Below the pieces are notes generated by a model. That model was not told the origin of the DNA and searched no databases. It was given only the letters and a program-made list of their open reading frames with translations. Positions 43,359-52,062 of a DNA stretch of 64,000 bases are shown here, piece by piece. Position numbers and translations under genes: made by a program. Numbering within the stretch: position 1 is the stretch's first letter; every line of letters begins with the position of its first letter. The stretch spans positions 32,001 to 96,000 of the forward strand of contig CBDBLX010000002.1 of NCBI GenBank assembly GCA_965207445.1. Direction: 5' to 3'. This stretch comes from Nitrosopumilus sp. GTDB lineage: Archaea > Thermoproteota > Nitrososphaeria > Nitrososphaerales > Nitrosopumilaceae.

Positions 43359-44756
43359 TTGAGAGAAGAGGTTGCACAACTAAAACAACAACTCCAACAA
43401 AAAACCAGACAACACCACCGTGTTGATAATGCCCACACACCTCCCTCTGCAGGAAGTGACTCACAAAATAAACTCAAAAATTACAGACGCGAACATGAAG
43501 AACGCTGTTACTTGGAATATGGAATAGTTATGGAAGCCATTACTAATTCTGACAATTATGTACTCGAAAATGCAATTGCACATGAAACCAACGACAAAGC
43601 GGTTAGAAAAGGAGTCAGTCTAATCCTGTATGGGTTAGAAGAGAAGACAAAAGGAAAAAAATGGAATGAAGAGGAGGAGGAGAAAACAACAATATACAAC
43701 ATGGGCGTCACAGAGGAAATTGACTGTACAGTAGACAAATGCCCCGAATGTGGTGCAGATGTAGATGTTAAACACGAATGCAAGATGGTAATAGACACTC
43801 CAGTAATAGTCAAAGCCACAAAAAAACGGATTAAATCATCAAAAGGCAAATGCAAAAACAACCACAAAATAAACACCATGCCCAAAGGATATACCAAAGG
43901 CTCAATGTTTGGCCCCAATCTCATGACCATGATCGTATTCATGTTCTTTACAACACTCAGTCTAAACTCCATATCACACATGCTAACGCTAGTCGGCGTT
44001 CCAAAGGTCTCAAAGGTGACCATAATGAATGCTCTTACAGCAGTAGCAAGAGAAAAGTTTGCAGCAACTGCAAAACAGATCTCAAAAAATCTTGCAAAAA
44101 CAAGATATTTGATGGGTGATGAAACGCCAGTCAAAATAGGCATAAAACGTGGCTATGCGTGGGTCTTCATAGGCGAATATGGCATCAGTTTTGTCATTAC
44201 TCGCTCACGTGGTGCGGCTGTATTAGATATACACTGTCCGTTATTTGACATTCCAATCGTGGTGGATGGATACGCCGCATACAACAAATTCAAAACCAAA
44301 CAGCGCTGCTGGGCGCATGTTTTGCGCGATGCCGAACTGCTGGCAGCCATGCAAGGCGGCAATCTCGTAGAATTACACCAAAAACTCCAGCACATATTTC
44401 ACGAGGCCAAACAGCTACCCCCAGACACCACAGATCAACAACTGCAAGACAACTGGATAGATCCCGTCATGGCAATTGCAGGCACATATACAGAACTAGG
44501 ATATTCGTTTGGTGGCAAACTGCTCAATGCGGCGCCAGACCTGTTTACATTTGTCAAATATCCGGGCATGCCACCTACCAACAACAAATCCGAACGAACA
44601 CTGCGGCGCGTCGTAATTCACAAAAAGATTCGTCAGATGTTTCGCAGTACAACAGGAATGGAAGTTTATGGTATATTGATGTCATGTATGATGACGTGGT
44701 ATGATCAGGACAAGGATCTTGTAAAGAACATCCATAACACCATCATGGCAAGCTAA
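43359..44756 (+). CDS. IS66-family DDE transposase (main part)
   Basis: NAHTPPS, CPECG, GDETP, VDGYAAY, QRCWAH, PTNNKSER. Confidence 0.92.
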   Translation: MREEVAQLKQQLQQKTRQHHRVDNAHTPPSAGSDSQNKLKNYRREHEERCYLEYGIVMEAITNSDNYVLENAIAHETNDKAVRKGVSLILYGLEEKTKGKKWNEEEEEKTTIYNMGVTEEIDCTVDKCPECGADVDVKHECKMVIDTPVIVKATKKRIKSSKGKCKNNHKINTMPKGYTKGSMFGPNLMTMIVFMFFTTLSLNSISHMLTLVGVPKVSKVTIMNALTAVAREKFAATAKQISKNLAKTRYLMGDETPVKIGIKRGYAWVFIGEYGISFVITRSRGAAVLDIHCPLFDIPIVVDGYAAYNKFKTKQRCWAHVLRDAELLAAMQGGNLVELHQKLQHIFHEAKQLPPDTTDQQLQDNWIDPVMAIAGTYTELGYSFGGKLLNAAPDLFTFVKYPGMPPTNNKSERTLRRVVIHKKIRQMFRSTTGMEVYGILMSCMMTWYDQDKDLVKNIHNTIMAS

Positions 44757-47634
44757 ATCATTCACCAAACTTCATCGCATAGCAGTAGATGTGTGTTGAG
44801 GTGTACAGGTAGGGGGTTTAACTGTTACTCAATGGGGCCGCAACTTTTGTGTTGCGGAAATTGGCATAATGACGATCCGAACAGACACACAAAAACACCT
44901 TCAATGGGGCCGCAACTTTTGTGTTGCGGAAATTTACTAGCGGTGACATATACATGAGACGTTTTGACATCCTTCAATGGGGCCGCAACTTTTGTGTTGC
45001 GGAAATTTACACACCCAGACACAACCAAGCAAAATCTTAGGACCTTCAATGGGGCCGCAACTTTTGTGTTGCGGAAATTCAGAAGTGATTTTAAATCATA
45101 AGTTATTTCCATATAACCTTCAATGGGGCCGCAACTTTTGTGTTGCGGAAATCATGCCATAAAAAAAGCAATCCCACCAGCCGACCTAATCCTTCAATGG
45201 GGCCGCAACTTTTGTGTTGCGGAAATAGCACCCGAGATACACGTGGCTAGAATGGTAAGGGATGCCTTCAATGGGGCCGCAACTTTTGTGTTGCGGAAAT
45301 TCAATACAGTACGATTACAAGGAAGCCACGTACCACCCTTCAATGGGGCCGCAACTTTTGTGTTGCGGAAATTTAGCGCCACGTATGTTCACAAAACAAG
45401 AGAAAGATGCCTTCAATGGGGCCGCAACTTTTGTGTTGCGGAAATATGGGAAGCACTACTTTGTATAGAGATAATAACGATCCTTCAATGGGGCCGCAAC
45501 TTTTGTGTTGCGGAAATCAAAAAAGATGGGACTCTGCACAGGAGTTGCAATGCAACCTTCAATGGGGCCGCAACTTTTGTGTTGCGGAAATCGCACTAAC
45601 ACCAGTCTTTGCACGTTTGCCAAAAATCCTTCAATGGGGCCGCAACTTTTGTGTTGCGGAAATTATGACGCCCTCACGTGGGTACACGTACGGTTGTTCC
45701 CTTCAATGGGGCCGCAACTTTTGTGTTGCGGAAATAGGTCGGGCGTGGATATACCTTGTCCGTATTCTAAACCTTCAATGGGGCCGCAACTTTTGTGTTG
45801 CGGAAATCTAAGTCTTCATTTGCATGACTGCCTGCCATTTCCATCCTTCAATGGGGCCGCAACTTTTGTGTTGCGGAAATAGAACTGATACTGGTACAGG
45901 CAGAACTTATACTCAAACCTTCAATGGGGCCGCAACTTTTGTGTTGCGGAAATTATTACCACTCAACATGAAGCATTTGCTCAACAAGGACCTTCAATGG
46001 GGCCGCAACTTTTGTGTTGCGGAAATTTCAAGGACGCGACCCCGAACCAAACGCACCTAGTGACCTTCAATGGGGCCGCAACTTTTGTGTTGCGGAAATT
46101 AAAGATAAACGAAAAATATCAGCTTTAATCTCAACCTTCAATGGGGCCGCAACTTTTGTGTTGCGGAAATAGCAATATGACGCAATGGACAGACCCCCAG
46201 AATATAGCCTTCAATGGGGCCGCAACTTTTGTGTTGCGGAAATTCGTATATCTACTGCTGTAGAAACCACAAAGCCCGCACCTTCAATGGGGCCGCAACT
46301 TTTGTGTTGCGGAAATTTATAATCCAGTTTTTGATCGTCGGGGGGGACTTGCACCTTCAATGGGGCCGCAACTTTTGTGTTGCGGAAATTGATCACCTAC
46401 TGCGCCGCGTAGATGCACTATGCCAACCTTCAATGGGGCCGCAACTTTTGTGTTGCGGAAATACCCACTTGGTGGCCGCCCCATAGAATACCGCGAGTAT
46501 CCTTCAATGGGGCCGCAACTTTTGTGTTGCGGAAATTAGTATATGTGGTTGTGGTCCATGTGCCTGAGATATATCCTTCAATGGGGCCGCAACTTTTGTG
46601 TTGCGGAAATCATTGGCAGTTGGAGCAGTTGGGTGGCTATTGAGACTAGCCTTCAATGGGGCCGCAACTTTTGTGTTGCGGAAATGTGTAAATTCAAAAG
46701 GTAGACGTTGCATACCACTTGGCCTTCAATGGGGCCGCAACTTTTGTGTTGCGGAAATCTACTATCAATTTACCACTATAACATACATCACACAACCTTC
46801 AATGGGGCCGCAACTTTTGTGTTGCGGAAATTCCATTCGAATCAATATAATCACATGCTTCATAAGATCCTTCAATGGGGCCGCAACTTTTGTGTTGCGG
46901 AAATTGTATGCTCTACGTGCAAATTCATCATCAATGTCAATCCTTCAATGGGGCCGCAACTTTTGTGTTGCGGAAATATTAATATCTATCAATAACAACG
47001 CAACCCCTTGTTTCCTTCAATGGGGCCGCAACTTTTGTGTTGCGGAAATCAAATGGAAATGATCAGAACGAAGTTCAAAGACGCATTCCTTCAATGGGGC
47101 CGCAACTTTTGTGTTGCGGAAATTTAGTGCGCCATATACACATACATTCTCATTACAGAATCCTTCAATGGGGCCGCAACTTTTGTGTTGCGGAAATTAA
47201 CAATACAATTAGTATATACGTTGATGGAATATATCCCTTCAATGGGGCCGCAACTTTTGTGTTGCGGAAATGACACCCAGACATATGGACAATCCAATAA
47301 CCATAGCTCCTTCAATGGGGCCGCAACTTTTGTGTTGCGGAAATCCAATGTGCGGATCGGGTACTGTATGCAAAATGGCGCCTTCAATGGGGCCGCAACT
47401 TTTGTGTTGCGGAAATTGTTTTCAGTAAAATCGATTTGATGTAATATATCTGTCCTTCAATGGGGCCGCAACTTTTGTGTTGCGGAAATTCACTAAGATC
47501 AATAGGTTTCCAATTACGTGAATTATCCTTCAATGGGGCCGCAACTTTTGTGTTGCGGAAATAGTATGCTTTGAGCGCGTTGTATATCTCCACAAACCCC
47601 TTCAATGGGGCCGCAACTTTTGTGTTGCGGAAAT

Positions 47635-47807
47635 CCTATACACATGCCGATATTCAACATTATTCACAATTATTCATAAATTTTATTAAAGTTATGTACG
47701 TTCCACAGATTAATTGTAACAGCATTATAGTGTTTGTGCGTTTGCCATATATAATATCTGCGAGTGCTCACACACCTTTCTATTTGTTCCTGACCTCTCG
47801 CACAGAT
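47635..47807 (-). promoter_or_regulatory. CRISPR leader
   Basis: AT-rich non-coding stretch between cas2 stop and first repeat. Confidence 0.7.
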
Positions 47808-48095
47808 CTACACCACTATTGTTGCCTCTCTTTGTGTTTCAAGTGACACACCCATCGTTGTTATCCGCACATCACTTTGACCAACAGGACCCACATTAAC
47901 GATAATGAGACTGTCTTCTTTCATATTCATGATATCTGCTAGATCATCTTTCATTATTATCAATTCACTAGGGCTTAGATCGCACATAAAAACTGAATAT
48001 TGCATATGATCACCATATCCACTCATCTTTTTGTATGTTTGTACAAGCCGTTGTCCATCCCTCACATCATAACACACAAAATATCTGTTGCGCAA
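47808..48095 (-). CDS. cas2: Cas2
   Basis: YFVCYDV, YGDHMQYSVF; TTG start at 48095 after GGTGA. Confidence 0.95.
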   Translation of the reverse strand: MRNRYFVCYDVRDGQRLVQTYKKMSGYGDHMQYSVFMCDLSPSELIIMKDDLADIMNMKEDSLIIVNVGPVGQSDVRITTMGVSLETQREATIVV

Positions 48096-48099
48096 TACA

Positions 48100-49797
48100 T
48101 CACCTCGTACGAAACACAGGGTATGTAGGAATTTCACCCAGTACGTGTCTAGCAAGTAATCTTGCTTGAGTCTCCAATATTCTCCTATAACTTGCACGAT
48201 ACCCAAGTAATGGGTGCATAACTGATGTATCCATACGTCTCTCATATGCCTTTATGATTGTCTTTCTTCCCTCTGCTGAAAGTGACACACCAAAATCAGT
48301 CTTTGTCATATCAGACTCTGTAATCTCACCGTTATTCACAACAGTAAGACATGTAGAGTCACATATGATTGAACGAAATTCTTCTATCAAATCAAGTGCA
48401 AGTGCAGGTTTTGAGTATTTGGGTCGGTGTAAATAACCAAGATATGGATCAAGCCCAACTGCGGAAACAGTAACAGTGGCTTGTCTAGTAAGTACAGCAT
48501 ACAAAAATGATAATATTGCATTAATCGGATCTTTTGGTGGCCTCCTATTTCGACCATCAAAATCAAATGTAGTTGAATCAGATTTTATCATCCCATGAAA
48601 TTCTGAAAAGTATAAACGCGCCGCTATTCCTTCAAATCCAAGTAGAGTATCATACTGTCTTGCAGTTAGCGCTCTATCAGCAAATGATTCCATTTCATTT
48701 ATCTTCTCTATTGGAGGTGACTTGTGATTTCGTCTGAGTAATGTTATACTGTTCTTTATCTTTCCAGCAACGATCTCTCGTGCAATTGCTAGTTGTAAGC
48801 TAGGTTTAGCATATACAGAATGTTGATGTATTCGGAGCTCAATGTTCTTGCTTGCAAGCCCACTAGTCATACCCATGAACCACCCACCATATGTCATATA
48901 ACAAATGGGGATATTTCTCTCACATAGTTCTCTTATTGCTTGTGTGCTAATTTGTACATTTCCAAATATAGTGAGTTCAGATACATCGATAAGTCTAACC
49001 TTTTTAATTTCGTTTTTGGCTTTGATATGCAAACAATCACCTGATTTTGATACGTAGGCGCCTTGTTCTTGTACATACACAGGCACAGCATCATTACGAA
49101 TTGGATACATGCGACGAACTTGATCTTTTGTGATATGTTGCGTTTCATCATCATCATCATTAATAGCACCAAGAAGATTTGTTTCATCAGGCAAACATAT
49201 TCCGACAAGTGAGCATTTTGGACATTTTGGACTATCAACCAATGGTGGCGGCATAAGATCTTTTTGTGCCATTTCCTTCATATCATGTATGGTTTGTAGT
49301 GTCATGGCTATGATTTGATCATCGAAATCTACTGTAACACGTTTCTTGGAGCCAATATAGTATATGATGCCATGTGTACAAGTGTAACCATTAGCGCGTA
49401 AAACCAATCCTTGGGCGCATACTTGAACCACATGATCAGGGTATGTGTTTGTAGGAGTTTGAGGAATTGTACCGCGTTTATACTCTATTGGCGTAGCAAC
49501 ATTTCCATCAATCTCCAATAAATCCATCTTTGCAATCAATCCCAGTTCAGAATCAGAGAGCATGGCAGATCGTGCATGAATGATCTCATCGGCACCATCA
49601 TCCGTATTGCTGGTAGATTTTGTTCTCTTTGATGGTTTGTCAACATTTCGGTGTTTGTATTTACCATCTATAACTTCAGTATTATATGCAAATTCCCCTT
49701 GAGTCCATTCCAAATATGCCAAACGTTTACAGTATGCAAACTGAGTCAACATTCTCACAGGTATAAGATCTGGAACATCACTCTTCTCCATACTCAC
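48100..49797 (-). CDS. cas4/cas1: Cas4/Cas1 fusion
   Basis: Cas4 YCKR, PIEYKRG, CPKCSLVGIC; Cas1 LLGFEG, RNRRPPKDPINAILSFLY, LALDLIEEFR. Confidence 0.96.
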   Translation of the reverse strand: MSMEKSDVPDLIPVRMLTQFAYCKRLAYLEWTQGEFAYNTEVIDGKYKHRNVDKPSKRTKSTSNTDDGADEIIHARSAMLSDSELGLIAKMDLLEIDGNVATPIEYKRGTIPQTPTNTYPDHVVQVCAQGLVLRANGYTCTHGIIYYIGSKKRVTVDFDDQIIAMTLQTIHDMKEMAQKDLMPPPLVDSPKCPKCSLVGICLPDETNLLGAINDDDDETQHITKDQVRRMYPIRNDAVPVYVQEQGAYVSKSGDCLHIKAKNEIKKVRLIDVSELTIFGNVQISTQAIRELCERNIPICYMTYGGWFMGMTSGLASKNIELRIHQHSVYAKPSLQLAIAREIVAGKIKNSITLLRRNHKSPPIEKINEMESFADRALTARQYDTLLGFEGIAARLYFSEFHGMIKSDSTTFDFDGRNRRPPKDPINAILSFLYAVLTRQATVTVSAVGLDPYLGYLHRPKYSKPALALDLIEEFRSIICDSTCLTVVNNGEITESDMTKTDFGVSLSAEGRKTIIKAYERRMDTSVMHPLLGYRASYRRILETQARLLARHVLGEIPTYPVFRTR

Positions 49798-49913
49798 AAA
49801 TCACGCCCACATGATACTATTTATTTGAACGCTAGTAAAATATAAAATGAATATATAAAAATAAGATATGACAGAGTCAACATATTTTTAACACATAAAA
49901 AAATTACAATATT

Positions 49914-50054
49914 GTGCAGATAGACAAACCAGACGACGATGTAATTAAATGCCCCATATGTGACAACATTATGACAAACATGCAAGCCTGTCATTTACAT
50001 TGTAGTAATTGTGGCGCTCATATGGACTGCTCAGATAAAGGAAGTTACTGGTGA
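49914..50054 (+). CDS. Small zinc-finger protein, 46 aa (not in track)
   Basis: GTG start; KCPICDNIMTNMQACHLHCSNCGAHMDCSDKGSYW. Confidence 0.7.
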   Translation: MQIDKPDDDVIKCPICDNIMTNMQACHLHCSNCGAHMDCSDKGSYW

Positions 50055-50228
50055 CTAGAGTCCGGGACGGTCAGGTATGTAGTCAGCAGACATGTTAACT
50101 GCCAAGTCCTTCATAATCTCCAAATATTCATCATACTCGCGCTCAAATCCACAATGCGGACACGTCACCTTTGTGACATTATCATCCAATATAGCAACAC
50201 TACTGCACTCTGGGCATTTTGCATCCAT
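50055..50228 (-). CDS. Small zinc-ribbon protein, 57 aa (not in track)
   Basis: MDAKCPECSSVAILDDNVTKVTCPHCGFEREYDEYLEIMK. Confidence 0.75.
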   Translation of the reverse strand: MDAKCPECSSVAILDDNVTKVTCPHCGFEREYDEYLEIMKDLAVNMSADYIPDRPGL

Positions 50229-50280
50229 ACATCATATTAACACTGAAGATATTTAATCATAAGTAAATAAAACTAGTTAG

Positions 50281-50354
50281 GCGGAGTTAGTTTAGCCCGG
50301 TATGACGTCAGCTTCCCAAGCTGAAGGCCGCGGGTTCGAATCCCGCACTCCGCA
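50281..50354 (+). tRNA. tRNA-Gly(CCC)
   Basis: Acceptor GCGGAGT/ACTCCGC, anticodon arm TCAGC-TTCCCAA-GCTGA, GTTCGAAT. Confidence 0.95.
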
Positions 50355-51338
50355 TCATGCCAATTCCTTGATTGCTTGTTCTATAACGCCTCTATCTATT
50401 GCATTTGGTAGATATTTCAGATACATCTTCAAGTCATCACTTGCCTCTTGTCTTTTGTTTAGCTTTTCCATCAAGTATGCACGATTCTTGTATATGCGCG
50501 CAGAGCGTTTTTCATTTATTTGAATTGCCTTTGTATAAGATGATATGGCTTGCTCAAATTTGTTGCCTTTGAGATAATAGTTGCCAAGGCCATTATGTGC
50601 CAAATACGCATTGTCATTTATTTGAATACATTGTTCATAATACTTTACACATTCTGGATTATTCTGCTCATTGTATAGAGCCCCCAACATTTGCAGTGCC
50701 GTCACGTTTTCAGGGTCCATTTGTAATGCTTCCTGTAAAGATTTCGTAGCGCTAGGTTTGTCACCTAATATCATGGCGCGTTCTGCATCAAAACACAACC
50801 TACACGCAACACTCATCTGTGCAGATATTCTCATAGGTAGTTGAGATAACGTATCTGATGGTGCCACAATTATCATCAGTCTACCCTCCTCAGACCATTG
50901 TACATCAAACGTATCACTTGGTATGGCGCCCTCTTGCTGCTCACCTTGCGCCGTACCTTGTTGTACATAATGAAACACCATACCTGCATCACTATACCCA
51001 GAGACAACAGATGCATGTTGTGTTATTTCTGGATTGCCAGGAATACCAGGCAAGATAACAATTGGTGGAATGCCAGCATCAACTACAGTTTTCAATCCCT
51101 GCATATCGGTGTGCAGCATTACACACGACAGACCGTGTCGCTCTGCTAACTCGACACCTTCAATTATAATACTGCCATCAAACCCCGGATACCTTTTGGC
51201 AGTCTCTACTGCTTCTGATACTGGTAGTGAGACATTCCAGTACGAGGCCACCACATTAATGGGTAATGGTAATGACACTAGCTCTTCTGTCACTAGTGGT
51301 AAAAACAACACATGATCATCATTTTCGTCTGTAGACAT
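50355..51338 (-). CDS. TPR-repeat protein with C39-peptidase-like N-terminal domain
   Basis: PPIVIL..HASVVSGY; C-terminal TPR helices; catalytic Cys not evident. Confidence 0.7.
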   Translation of the reverse strand: MSTDENDDHVLFLPLVTEELVSLPLPINVVASYWNVSLPVSEAVETAKRYPGFDGSIIIEGVELAERHGLSCVMLHTDMQGLKTVVDAGIPPIVILPGIPGNPEITQHASVVSGYSDAGMVFHYVQQGTAQGEQQEGAIPSDTFDVQWSEEGRLMIIVAPSDTLSQLPMRISAQMSVACRLCFDAERAMILGDKPSATKSLQEALQMDPENVTALQMLGALYNEQNNPECVKYYEQCIQINDNAYLAHNGLGNYYLKGNKFEQAISSYTKAIQINEKRSARIYKNRAYLMEKLNKRQEASDDLKMYLKYLPNAIDRGVIEQAIKELA

Positions 51339-51421
51339 ACAGTATACACAAAAAGTGAGTTATTAAAACATGTTTACTATCAGGATGTCAATACGTGTAA
51401 TTATCATCATGACACCGTCAT

Positions 51422-51507
<86 letters not shown>

Positions 51508-51508
<1 letters not shown>

Positions 51509-52062
51509 CACAACTTACAAAACCGCTCAATCATAAAGCGGCCATCTCTGCTCATCTCAGGATGAAACTGCATCCCATACACACCATCCCTATTCACATG
51601 TTTGATTATCTCGTATGCACATGCATCAGACCCCCCCACCACCTCCAACACATTAGGCAATCGACTTATCTCATAACTATGACTCTCATATACACTCACT
51701 ATACCCTTGTCAACTATCGGCAGATCTTTGTAAACACTCACTATATTATGTGTATTTTTTTGCGGCGTATCGGATCGTTTTATGGTGCCACCTAGCGTCA
51801 ATGCTAGTATCTCTGCACCATAGCATATTCCAAGCAATCGTACATCATGATATATCGCATATTTGATAACCTTAGAGTTGACCTTGTTGACCAATCGATC
51901 GTTGCGTTTGCGGCCTGATAACACTATTCCACTATACACAGACAATGTTTCCAAGTCAAGATCAAATGGTTTTATGCGTCTATACACAACATTCAAACAA
52001 TCCAACAATACTGCAAGTTCGTCTGTGTAAGATGAGCCGTTATCAACAATTAGTATGGTCAA
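51508..52062 (-). CDS. Class I glutamine amidotransferase (GMP synthase subunit A-like)
   Basis: IVDNGS, LGICYG, ESHS, QFHPE. Confidence 0.9.

Larger units (their letters stand above)
42679..44828 (+). mobile_element. IS66-family element (2150 bp) inserted into a CRISPR repeat
   Basis: TIR GTAACAGTT(C/A)AACCCC; 9-bp TSD TCAATGGGG at 42670-42678 and 44829-44837. Confidence 0.95.
36569..47634 (-). CRISPR. CRISPR array: about 122 repeats of 36 bp plus one degenerate terminal repeat (36569-36603), spacers about 35-39 bp, interrupted by an IS
   Basis: Repeat on - ATTTCCGCAACACAAAAGTTGCGGCCCCATTGAAG(G/C) with CCGCAAC/GTTGCGG hairpin; degenerate repeat at left and AT-rich leader at right give orientation; manual count. 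Confidence 0.98.

Noticed and set aside
36604..47598. Self-targeting spacers or spacers against the local IS/MITEs
   Set aside because: None seen by eye within the window; needs a real alignment to exclude
36638..47846. Dozens of ORFs with repeated MGPQLLCCGN / LQWGRNFCVAE peptides
   Set aside because: Translations of CRISPR repeats, not proteins
50281..50354. tRNA-Gly as attachment site of the CRISPR island
   Set aside because: No duplicated tRNA 3' end or integrase seen; two ordinary small genes lie between
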